DNA of 64,000 nucleotides from Eledone cirrhosa (Eukaryota): NCBI GenBank assembly GCA_964016885.1, contig OZ024743.1, positions 165,540,001 to 165,604,000 of the forward strand, read 5' to 3'. Shown piece by piece: positions 16,291 to 27,302 of this stretch (position 1 is its first letter; each line of letters starts with the position of its first letter). The notes under the pieces were generated by a model. It saw only the letters and a program-made list of their open reading frames with translations, ran no database searches and was not told where the DNA came from. The position numbers and the translations under genes were made by a program.

Positions 16291-17287
16291 TATCGAATGT
16301 GTTTGGTAAGATCACGCAAAGATTCGCCTATATAAGCCTATAACACTATGTATAAGGAACTTACTATAATGAGTCCTGTTCCAGTATGATAAAGTTTCAA
16401 GTAATGTTCTGGAATAACGCTTTGTAATAAACGCAACTGCAATGATGCTGCAATTGTAATGGATGACTGTTGAAGATTGCAAAAGCCCTTCCTTAAGCCC
16501 AAGGCTATAACAGAAGACTTGATCGTAGTATGTAGTAGAATACAGTCACAGTCAGTCAGTTTATTTTGATAAGCAAACGTTTATATAGGAATAACAACAA
16601 CCTAGTTATAGAATAAATGATGTGGAAATGCAATGAAGAGACGATGATGTCAAGCAAACCGAATGTTAGTAAGATTGAGCAGAACGGGTCAGTGAATTCA
16701 ATTCATGAATAATGTTGTTCTTGTCGCTAAGACGACGTAGTGATAAGACGTGATAATACTAAGTTAAGATACATTACTTATTAAGTCGAAGTTACTGAAA
16801 TTATCGCCCTTACCTTAATGCACGACCGTCAGTGAAAGCTCGTTGCGTTGAGTCAATAATTTCAGACATGAAATACATTGTTATCGGTGAAGGAGGGACA
16901 AAATTCTAACTGGCTGCGCTCAAAGTGTCCTTGACCCAGTTGACTGTGGGGTTTTCTATTTTTAGGATCTCAATTGCCGGTTAATGTCTAGACACGCGTG
17001 CACACCTGTTCGCAGCTGCGGTCAGACAATAGTTATGCTGTCTGCATGCTCATTCAAATGCTTCACACTGGCTGTCTCAGAGACGTACAAATATGGCTTA
17101 TAAAGTTTACCAAAGAAAAGAGCCTTCTAGCGCCCCCCCCCCCCCCCCTAAAATATATAATCTTAACCCAAAGTAACTTACAATTCCTGGCTGTAATGGC
17201 ATATCCTATCTACCGTAATATTTCGAATGTTGGTGATTAAATACCTTATCATTAAAAAATATGTTTTTTTAATTCACAAAAACTTAC

Positions 17288-17307
17288 AACAATAGACGAA
17301 TCCCTAC
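17288..17307 (-). CDS. Candidate 20-nt microexon (R|RDSSIV) of a putative secreted-precursor gene
   Basis: cttcctctcactttcag|GTAGGGATTCGTCTATTGTT|gtaagt; accepts phase 1 from the exon ending at 17447 and exits in phase 0. Confidence 0.55.
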
Positions 17308-17446
17308 CTGAAAGTGAGAGGAAGTTATATAAAGTATCTTGTTTTGGTTGTGCTACAATGTAATTGCCATTTCAAACACATGGATAATTGTTGTCTATAA
17401 TCTTTCACCCAAAGCAATTCACAATTCCAGTTTGTAAATCACTTAC

Positions 17447-17583
17447 GTAAATACCTTTCTTTTTCTCTGTTCTTTCTTTCCATTTCAGCTTCTAGTTTCG
17501 GTAATTTTCGCGTGAAATTAGCCAGTACAGTTCCCCACAAGATCAGAATAATAATGCAATTGTAAACTTTAATTTTATTTCAT
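17447..17583 (-). CDS. Candidate signal-peptide exon (M..NKIKVYNCIIILILWGTVLANFTRKLPKLEAEMERKNREKERYL); the ATG is out of frame by 1 nt
   Basis: Acceptor catttag at 17660-17661, AAAATG context at 17581-17586, donor gtaagt at 17441-17446. As written it reads ATG AAA TAA, so it is either a pseudogene or an indel error. Confidence 0.45.
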
Positions 17584-17840
17584 TTTAGATGGAGGATTTA
17601 AGTAGGGTGTCTACTAATGCAATAGTTGTGAAGCAAGTGTTACAAAAATCTCCACTTGTCTAAATGTAACGGTTATATACAATAACAAAAGCCGTTAAAA
17701 ATACACACAAAAGGTTTCGAAAGCACGAGATTAACGAATAGGAAGTCAACACTCGATTGAACAACAAACTCATTGTAATGTCTCTGTCTGGCGGTTCTAA
17801 AATACATAATAGGATGGTTTATATAATGGCTTCTTATATA

Positions 17841-18040
17841 GGCACAAGACCAGCACATGGGGGAGGGGAAAGGCGATCAAATCTACCCCAGTGCGTGACT
17901 GGTACTTTATTTTATCGACCCCCGTAAGGATGAAAGGCAAAGTTAACCTCGGCGGGATTTGAACTCAGATTATAAAGGGCCGTAGCTCTATGCTACAAAG
18001 CATGGCGTCCGACCCTCTACCGATACTGCCAATCCACCGC
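17841..18040 (-). mobile_element. tRNA/Meta-domain SINE copy (different 3' tail)
   Basis: Reverse complement of the head and core seen at 13115. Confidence 0.85.
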
Positions 18041-18199
18041 GCGCAGGATGGTTTATATAATAAAATCTACAATTAGAACATATTTCTTTTTTAGGTTTTA
18101 TCGTGTCCCTTTTTTATATAAATAATAATTATTTTTATGTTTTTCTTTTTGGGGTGGGTGGGTGGGGGGGGGGGTTATTACGTCAACTACATTTAAACA

Positions 18200-18760
18200 G
18201 AAGTTATACAATGATAGAAATATAAAAAAAAATATAAAAACAAAATTAAGTCATGAAAAAACAAGGTCAAAGGGTAACGAAGGCCAGATCTGGCTGTATA
18301 AGAAAGTAGAGGAAAGGACTATAAAGGCCATAAATGAGAAGAAAAGGAGTGAAAGAGAGAGGAAAGGGGGAGGGTGACAGACTCTGTGCCTAGGTCGGGG
18401 TGGTGTTTCCGCACCTCGCGAACACAACTGCAAAAACATTTCCGTGGACAATGGCCAGCGACACCCGCTGCGACAGCCACCCCACCTCGCGAGGCGCCTT
18501 CCTCAGACATTCCAATTTTACAGAGGGGCTCAGCTGTGCGGGTCCAAGGTCGTCTGAGATTTCGACGGTGACCGATGCAAAGAGGAAGCGGTCGGACAAG
18601 TTCCAGTATATGCTTGTCTTCCTGTCCTCTGCATTGCAGGTCGGAGTACCGTGGTTTGTGGCCAAAGTGACTAAGCTGGAGTTGGCGTACGTGTCATAGC
18701 GAGTCGCGTTCCAGATGAGGAATATACCTCCTTCGAATGGGAAGAGGGTAATTCCATCTT
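18200..18760 (-). mobile_element. Second 5'-truncated CRE-like RLE fragment
   Basis: ORF 18390-18776: DGITLFPFEGGIFLIWNATRYDT...WLSQRVSLAIVHGN; homologous to 7880-8437. Confidence 0.75.
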
Positions 18761-19738
18761 TTAAGTTATTTTCCATGGGAAGATTAGTTATATTACTAAA
18801 TATAACTCTCTAAATTCTTGATTATTTTCAAAATGATTTGAAAATCATAGGCAATGTTTTTCATTCAAAAATATGATAACGGAATGATAACGATATTCAA
18901 CTCATTGCATCTTGTTACTAGTAACTGATTGAATTTGAAATCGCCTTCGGTATATTTCTATTAACAACCCTGAAACAAATAGAGGATTTAAATATAAATC
19001 AATCAACACAAGTTCCAATCTTATTCAGACATTTCCGTATATTTCTGAACAGAAAACAAAGCTCAAGTCGTTCTCGCTGTTATTTAGATTAATCTCAGCC
19101 TTGATCAAACATGTCTCTGATAAAAGAGTTCCAGATACGACAACCCCCAGCTTATTTTCCAACAAAGTTGGATAAAAAGTACCCTCTATGTTCTTCCATT
19201 TTTATTCTTCCATTGTAAGATGTTTTGAGAGGAATTTAACAGTTACTTGCAGCATGACGAGTAACCACATAAAGCTTCCTCGTTCGGCTTGACACAATTT
19301 AACTCAGCCATGTATATATGCATGTGTCTATGTATATATGTATATAGGCATGTGTCTATGTATGTAATATGTGTGTATGCATGCATGTATGTGTGTGTGT
19401 ATGTATATATGTATGCATGTGTACACACATACATATTTATACATACATATGTAAACATTGTGTGGTTGTGATTTCGATTCCTAGACTGGGCGATGCGTTA
19501 TGTCCTTGAGCAAGACATTTTATTTCACGTTGCTCCTTCTGCCTGGATTTGCGTCCGACAGATAGTATTAGCAATTAGAAAGACCAATGGAAACATTCTT
19601 TCCTCGGTCCAATTTGACGAGCTCCACCCCACTCGTTAAGCGAATGAAGTCTGGGAGCTTGTGGAGCGACTGCCGATATAGAAACATGTGTATATATCAA
19701 CTGTTGAAAATTGCAAACTCGACTGTCACCACATATCA

Positions 19739-19777
19739 TGAACCTGAAGATTGCGAAAGCATGAAAGTACTTGTTCA
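19739..19777 (+). ncRNA. Minimal type I hammerhead ribozyme (PLE pLTR type), intact core
   Basis: TGAAC-CTGAAGA-T(TGC GAAA GCA)T-GAAA-GTAC-TT-GTTCA; palindromic AAGTACTT stem III; identical copy at 46483-46521. Confidence 0.8.
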
Positions 19778-19949
19778 ATTAACACTTAGAATTTAATATT
19801 CTATCATACTATTTCATTATAATACCATTATATATATTTTAAAGGATTGTAAATAAAACGAGTAAATCAGACAAAGTTGGAATTCCTCTTATTAATATAA
19901 TCTTCTATACACAATCATACACACCCGTGTATATTTACCTATCTATATC

Positions 19950-19970
<21 letters not shown>

Positions 19971-19980
<10 letters not shown>

Positions 19981-20323
19981 AGATCAAAAGATGGTTAAAT
20001 GAGTTCCATGTATTTTATTATGCGCATTTCAAAAACAAATATCATCATGCAATAACATTTGTGTTTTCATCAGATAAAATAGGAGGAATGATATGAAGGT
20101 TAAAAACATTTGTGGATAAAACATATGAAAAGTAGTTTTAAAACTACTTTTCATATGTTGATTTAAAACTGCACTATCCACAAGTGTTTTTAACCTTCAT
20201 ATCATGTCCTCCAATTTTATCTGATGAAAACACAAATGTTATTGCATGATGATATTTGTTTTTGAAATGCGCATAATAAAATACATAGAACTCATTTAAC
20301 CATCTTTTGATCTTATATATTAT
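19971..20323. mobile_element. Fold-back non-coding PLE-type element with one hammerhead per arm (20013-20079 minus, 20215-20281 plus)
   Basis: ~350-bp palindrome with a perfect 40-bp centre (20120-20159). HHR reads TTTTAT-CTGATGA-stem II-GAAA-TGCGCA-TA-ATAAAA. Confidence 0.8.
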
Positions 20324-20406
20324 GTATACTCCAGTCCTACAAACTGTAGAGTGCTTCTTATCCGATATCTGCATTGCTTTATTGTACTACAATAAAACTC
20401 ACCTCC

Positions 20407-20466
<60 letters not shown>

Positions 20467-20468
<2 letters not shown>

Positions 20469-20665
20469 AAAATTTTAATATAGAAATGGCTTCTACAGGA
20501 CTAGAACTGTTTCATTCGAAAGAAATCCTGGGCTTTCCTGATGATTTTTTTCGAATGAAACATTTCTAGTCCTGCAGATACCATTTCTATTTTAAATTTT
20601 CTATATACTCTACTAATGTATTGAGTACTTCACTTACTGTGGTTACCCCTGATTGGACCCGGGAC
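20467..20665. mobile_element. Fold-back pLTR fragment (palindrome 20467-20602) with damaged hammerheads
   Basis: Homologous to the pLTR at 44310-44450; plus arm reads CTGATGA...CGAAT-GAAA-CATTTCTAGTCCTG-CA. Confidence 0.7.
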
Positions 20666-20724
20666 TCACATCTCTCTCTCCCCCTCTCTCTCTCTCTTTC
20701 TCTGGCTCTCTGGCTCTCTGTATA

Positions 20725-20781
<57 letters not shown>

Positions 20782-20814
20782 TAGATATATATATATACTA
20801 GATATATATATATA

Positions 20815-21145
20815 CTAGACCACCCCTGACCCGTGGTATCACGTTCCCTTCAAAGTATTTTTTAAAAAAACATGTTCACTTAAAAATAATTTTTAAATAA
20901 TTAAAATATAAACATACATGTATATAATGTGAAATGAAACTGGAAGGCCCATATATATACGTGTGTATATGTGTGTATACATATACATATATATATGTAT
21001 GTGTGTGTATATATATATGTGGGTGTCTGTAACCTATATACACTGGTCATAGACACACTCACACATATACACACATATACACACATATATATATATACAC
21101 AACAACACCACCAGCTTCCTCTCTTTCATTCTCCATCTCTGTCTT

Positions 21146-21187
<42 letters not shown>

Positions 21188-21382
21188 ATGAAGGTACCCG
21201 GAAAACACCATATCTCGGGAACACGAGCTCCGATTTACGCGAAACTTGTTTTATTTCATTTGTATTCCCATTTCAGGGTCAACTTCTTTTCAAAATATTT
21301 TCCCATTATGCGCCCGTTTGGCTGTATTACATTACAGACAAGCAAGCAAGTAATCAATCACAGACTTTTAGTATTATATAGA
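20815..21382 (-). mobile_element. Non-autonomous Helitron
   Basis: Minus strand begins A|TCTATATAATACTAAAAG and ends hairpin CGTGATACCACG...CTAG|T. Confidence 0.7.
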
Positions 21383-21384
21383 TA

Positions 21385-22020
21385 TTCCTTCTTTGTTCGC
21401 GTCGTTTTGCAAAATTTCTTATCGAAAGACGTGTGTTGAAACAGATATTGTTATACTTTGGGAGGGTCATGCTGCCAATAAAACCACACGCACCTATTGG
21501 TTTCACTTCAATTATATCCACACACAGAAAAGATGTAATGCTTAGACAAATTACAGGAGCGACAAACAGAAACAAACTGCAACCAAAATTAAACACAAAA
21601 CATAAGTGGATTAGCAAGATCTCAACTAGTAATTAAGGACAAAATGAAGACATACCGACACACACAAAACCAAACTAATAAAAAAAATCAGACACACACA
21701 GATAGAACTAACAACCAACTAGTGACAAATAAATAAATAAAACACACACACACGCACGGATGTAACGCATGTGCAAACCAAGCACACAGCACACAAACAC
21801 AAAACCAAGATGGTGTAGGACAGAACAAAGGAGAGATAAAAAATAATAAAAACCTAGTTACTGAGGAGGTCACAGAATGTGTGACGAAAGAGCTTTGACA
21901 ATATATGAATAACCTTCCGGTTATCGAACCAACCAACCGGAAATTTATGATAATTTGAAGTGAAAACCAACAGGTGGTTGTGTTTTATTGGCAGCATGAC
22001 CTTCCCAAAGAATAACAATA
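21385..22020 (+). mobile_element. Short PLE 3' end/pLTR with partial inverted 5' copy; HHR at 21857-21899
   Basis: Diverged relative of 32990-33545; 21385-21512 is the inverted pLTR end. HHR reads GTTA-CTGAGGA-G(GTCAC..GTGAC)-GAAA-GAGC-TT-TGAC. Confidence 0.85.
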
Positions 22021-22484
22021 TATATATATATATATTATCTCGAATTAGTGCCATAGAACCACATGTATTATAAACAACTTGAATATTTCTACAAGTACAT
22101 TGTACCTGTTGAAGTATCCATCCACTTCTATAATTATTCTCCTTATGTAGAGAACAAAACGTTGAATAATGCTGCTAATTTTAGTGGCAATTCGACATGT
22201 TTGTAATATCCAGCTTTTATCACCGACCTGATTTGCGTGTGTGTCATTTTAACGGCTTGACCGCATGCGTTGGGCAGGGAGCATAATATTTACTTGCTAT
22301 TAGGCTAGATACCTTATGGCGTGGAAATAGGGCTGTCTGAAGATTCATTTCTTTCCATTGGAAATTCGTTGGATTTTCAATGTTTCGGAATGATGAAACC
22401 GTCGGTAACAACGTCTGAACAGGTGATTATTTAATCATTTGTTAATTTATTTAGAAAATTGTTTAATAACCGTTTGCTTCGCTA

Positions 22485-22526
<42 letters not shown>

Positions 22527-22964
22527 TAAACGGAATAGAAAATGCTGACAAATTGTTCACAGTTGAAAAATGGTTTAATTAGGAATAAAAGAGTATTAGT
22601 GATTGTATGGGTTAGTATTCAGTTGTGGTTTTAAGTTTTTAAGTTTGTACCGGTTGCGCATTTCTAAATGCTTTTCAAAAATAATTTTGAGATAGAGTGT
22701 CCGTGCTGTTTGCTCTGATCTGATTAGTTTTGGGAATTCTACCTGTTTTTATGTTAAAAAAGTGGCTCCAGCGTTATTATATATATATATATATATATGA
22801 GATTGATATAGAAGTGGATATAACCCTCCCTCATTTATTATCACGTGCGTAATAAACCATAGAAAATCACAGAACATAATTATTCAAATCAGGTGATGAA
22901 CGAAATATTTTATTTATTTCCATGATCGTTTCAATTTATTGAAATGCAATTTTGGTCATCTAGA

Positions 22965-23110
22965 TGCAATTTAAATGCAATTTTTGTCAATTAAGTAATT
23001 GATTAATTAATTATATCGACAAACATGGTAATTACATTGCAATTTAAATGCAATTTTTGTCAATTAATTAATTGATTAATTAATTATATCGACAAACATG
23101 GTAAATACAT
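22965..23110. repeat. Tandem duplication of a ~73-bp AT-rich unit
   Basis: TGCAATTTAAATGCAATTTTTGTCAATTAA...ATCGACAAACATGGTAA occurs twice. Confidence 0.9.
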
Positions 23111-23395
23111 TTCAAAATTCTCCCCAGGATATAGACTTCTAGACTTGAGGTATAATTGTCCCGTTACCGAGTAGGCGTGCGATGTTAAGCATGGTACAAA
23201 AATAAAAGTAACACAAAGTTCCAAATAGCAAGAGTGAGAAAGGTGAAGTAAAAGTGTACAGGATATTAGTCCATATGCTATAATGACAGTTTGGTGTTCA
23301 AATACAAATAGAAAGTATTTACAAACTCTCAACACTCAAAAGGTACGTTCATTTTATTAAATATTGCACAGCAGCAATATTGAATTAAATACTCA

Positions 23396-23454
<59 letters not shown>

Positions 23455-23484
23455 GTATATGCCAACATCTCTGGAAAGTAACAA

Positions 23485-26400
23485 ATGAAATCAACAGAAT
23501 CAGAAAGAATTCTAAAGGAGATATCATCGAAATTATCAACACTTATCACGATGATTGACACACAATCCTCTATTTTAAAGGAAATAAAAAAACAATCTAT
23601 AGACGGAAAACTTATAACTGAACATATAAACTCTGAAATTAAGAATTTACCTGAAATTATACCAACAGTTATCAAAGATACAAGAGAAACCCTACCACAA
23701 CCCCCTTGGATATCAGAACTAAACGAAAGAAATTTGGAAAACGAAACACATCGAATAAGAAAAGAAATGTGGAAGACATGGAAAAGATTTCTTAACATAA
23801 GAAAACAAAACTTCTGGAAAGCATACAAATGCGAAAAATATTCGAAACACATTCGAAATGGCTTTCTCTAACGGCACCCATACTCCCTCGTAAATACCTA
23901 ATTAAAGAAATTGCAGGAGAGCCAGAAGAAGAAACAAAACTCCGATGGGAACTAACGTTGACAAAATTCAGGACCGACATCTCCATTACTCAAAGTAAAC
24001 AATCCTGCTACAAAGCCAAATACGAAGCTATCGATGACCAAATTGAAGTCAAAATTTCAAAGCTAAAGACTGGTAATATAGCTGAAAAACTACGAGAACT
24101 ATGGATCAGAGATATCTCAAAAGAAGAAAGTAAATCAAGAAAGTTATGGCAGCAGAAACAATTATTTCTCGACGAATATGCTGCAAATTACGGTAAAGAC
24201 TCTGGAACTCTGAGAAAAAGCATTAAAAGTGGACACTCACACCAACACAACATACGCCAGAACACGTGCCAACACAAACACTCACCTTACCTTGAATCAA
24301 AGAAGAACTACGGTAATAACTCTTCGCTTTTTCTACAAAAACACCCTAACGCACACAACATGAACAAAAAGCACAAACACGATAGATATTCCTTTGACCA
24401 GACCATGAGAAGTAGAAAAACCAGGAGATCATTCTCAAGATCTCAACAGAGACTACCCACAAGGAACGGGGGAAACCGTAGAATAACCAGATCACTTTCA
24501 AGATCTCAACAGAGATTACCCACAAGAAACTGGGCAAATAAAATGATCAAAACCTGAAAGCAAACCTTGTTAAAAATAATGCTAACAAGAAATGGAAAAA
24601 ATAATATACATAATACCAAAAATAGAACAAAAAACATAACGAAACTAAGTATAATATCACGACCAAAAGTTCATCAAGCAAACACCAACAGGAACATAAA
24701 TCCTGAACAGAGAAAAAATCCATTTTTTTACGTCAGGGCAACAAAAACCGGAAAAAGAAAACCTCCAGGAGGAAACATACTCAAAACAATTGAACGCGTA
24801 GATCCTAAAATAATTAATTTATCCAAAAGATAATGATGAAATGCAAATTCTGTCAAAAGGACTGAAATTCACACCGACTCCAACAATCAACCACCAAGAT
24901 CTAAAGGAGGATACCCAAGAATTCTGTCGTAAATTACGACTTGTAGAATTCTTCGCTAATAAAAGTAATGAGAGTGATGAATCACTAGTAAAGAATAATT
25001 CAAATTTCACTCCGCCAAAAGGAAGAAATATCTATCTCGACCAATACATTGATATCCTGTCTAAATTTCCTCTTAGATGTAATACTAATGTTAGGACAAA
25101 CATTAACAATTCGGAAATGTCTGCACTTGAACAAATACAAAATGATAAAAGAATAATAATTAAACAAGCAGATAAAGGGGGTGCAATTGTTATAATGGAT
25201 GCTGAATACTACAAAGATTTGGTTGAGACAACTGAAAGGCACAGCATTCTACCATGAAATACCGTCAAATATAGACAACAACATCACGAAGAAGATCAAC
25301 AACCTGGCTTCAAAATACTACAACTCACTTACTGATAAGGAAAGAGACTACATCACCAATTTTGAGCCGAAACCCAGCAACCTGTATGGCCTACCGAAAA
25401 TTCATAAGTCAAAAGAAATCCAACTGGCAGTAAAAGAACAAAACAGTGAGTACATTAAATTACTACACCCAAAAGACTTAAAACTTAGACCTATTGTAGC
25501 TGGTCCAACATGCCCTACCCAACGTCTAAGCAATTTTGTTGACATTTTGAAACCACTATGTATTCACATACCCAATTTCATCCGGGATGATATCGACTTC
25601 CTGTCCCATCTTGCCAAAACCACGGAAACGAATTCACTTCTACTTAGTTTTGATGTGGTAAGCCTTTACACCAACATTACATATGATTTAGGAATAAAGG
25701 CGGTTAAATACTGGGTGGAAAAAGATAGAGAAGTGATTCCCCCCAGATTCACAATGCCATTTATATTAGACGCAGTCAGACTTATTCTGGAAAACAACAC
25801 ATTCTTCTTCAATGGAAAGAATTACATCCAAATTAGAGGCACAGCGATGGGAACGAAGTTTGCTCCCGTTTACGCGAACTTTGTAATGGGATACTTAAAA
25901 CAACAACTCTACCAAGAAATAGAGGAAAAATATAGCAGTGAATTTAGAAAGTACATTGAAAAGTCTTGGAAGAGATACCTTGAGGACTGTTTCATCATCT
26001 GGACAGAATCTCTAGATACTCCGGATAAGTTCAATATCCTCATGAATAACCTACACCCATCTCTCCAATTTACAAAAGAGATGAGTAGTACCAAATTACC
26101 ATTCCTAGATATAATGGTAATCAAAAACGACACCACCATTACCACGGATATATATTATAAACACACAGACACCCATCAATATCTGAATTTTAAGATATCT
26201 GAATTTTAAGTCGTGCCATCCACCTCATACAAAACGCAACACCCCATACTGCCTAGCCAGAAGCATTTGTACCATTGTTGAAGATACGAATACTAGGAAC
26301 AAACGCCTAACAGAACTGAGAGAATTTTTGCTCAAACAAAAATACCCATCTCTATTTATAGAAAATGGCATACAGCGGGCTATAAAAATACCTATACAAC

Positions 26401-26781
26401 AACTTAGGACAACCCAAGGAAGAAGAAACCAAGAACTGGTCATACCATTTATAATGACACACAACCCATGTCACCAGAATATCGTCAACACTGCCAAAGC
26501 AAACCTACCGATCAATGCTCAAAGTAATGAATTAAAAGGTTTAATCACAGACCGATCTTTGATTCTTAGTAAAAGACAGCCGAAAAGTTTGAAGCAATTA
26601 CTAAGGCAAAGTTTGACCTTAACAACAAAGACCAATTATTCACTGTATCTAAAAGAAATGATAGTCGATGTGACACATGTCAGTTCATACATACTGGTCA
26701 ATATATGAACACAAAAACTGGAAAAATATTCCCAAATGCAAATATGAACTGCAAAAGCAGAAATCTAATTTACTGCATTTT
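23485..26781 (+). mobile_element. Near-full-length frameshifted Penelope-like element (Neptune-type), truncated at the start of GIY-YIG
   Basis: LSKGLKFTPTP, KQADKGGAIV, YGLPKIHK, LRPIVAG, SFDVVSLYTNI, GTAMGTKFAPVYAN, RYLED and LPFLD; CxxC linker RCDTC...CKSRNLIYCI. Confidence 0.92.
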
Positions 26782-26908
26782 CAATAATCATCAACATCAA
26801 CATCACTTTTATTATTATTATTGTTGTTGTTGTTGTTAGTGGTGGTAGTCGACATGGTCGTAGGCGTAGTCATAGTAGAAGTAATACCCCTAAGCATTAT
26901 TATTGTTC

Positions 26909-27092
26909 TGGCAGTATCGGTAAAGGGTCGGCGCCATGCTTTGACGCAAAGAGTTACGGCCCTTTCCATTCTGAGTTCAAATCCCGCCGAGGTTAACTTT
27001 GCCTTTCATCCTTACGGGGTCGATAAAATAAAGTACCAGTAATACACTGGGTAATTGCTGGCTTGTGCCAAAAGTAGAAACAATTATTATTG
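26909..27092 (+). mobile_element. tRNA/Meta-domain SINE copy
   Basis: Nearly identical to 13115-13303. Confidence 0.88.
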
Positions 27093-27302
27093 TTCATTTA
27101 GCCTGGAGGGATGTGAACTCAGAACGTAACTATATACCTTAAAACATGTCCGATACTATACCAATACTGCTAATCCAAATTGACACTGCTTCTAGTAATG
27201 AGAAGTTTAGGAGAGCAGAAAAACGCCAATGAGTTGTTAAAGTCACATGATAAAGTTTGTAAACATAAAACATACAAAGATCTAATATGATATGACAGAG
27301 AA

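Noticed and set aside
14566-16315. Domesticated ZBED/SCAND3-like host gene
   Set aside because: Multiple frameshifts and deletions without splice signals; a dead transposon.
22140-22480. Possible integrase/helicase remnant on minus
   Set aside because: No diagnostic motif could be read with confidence.
22915-22965. Possible decayed HHR on minus (TAGATGA...GAAACGATC)
   Set aside because: Core and stems are too degenerate to call.
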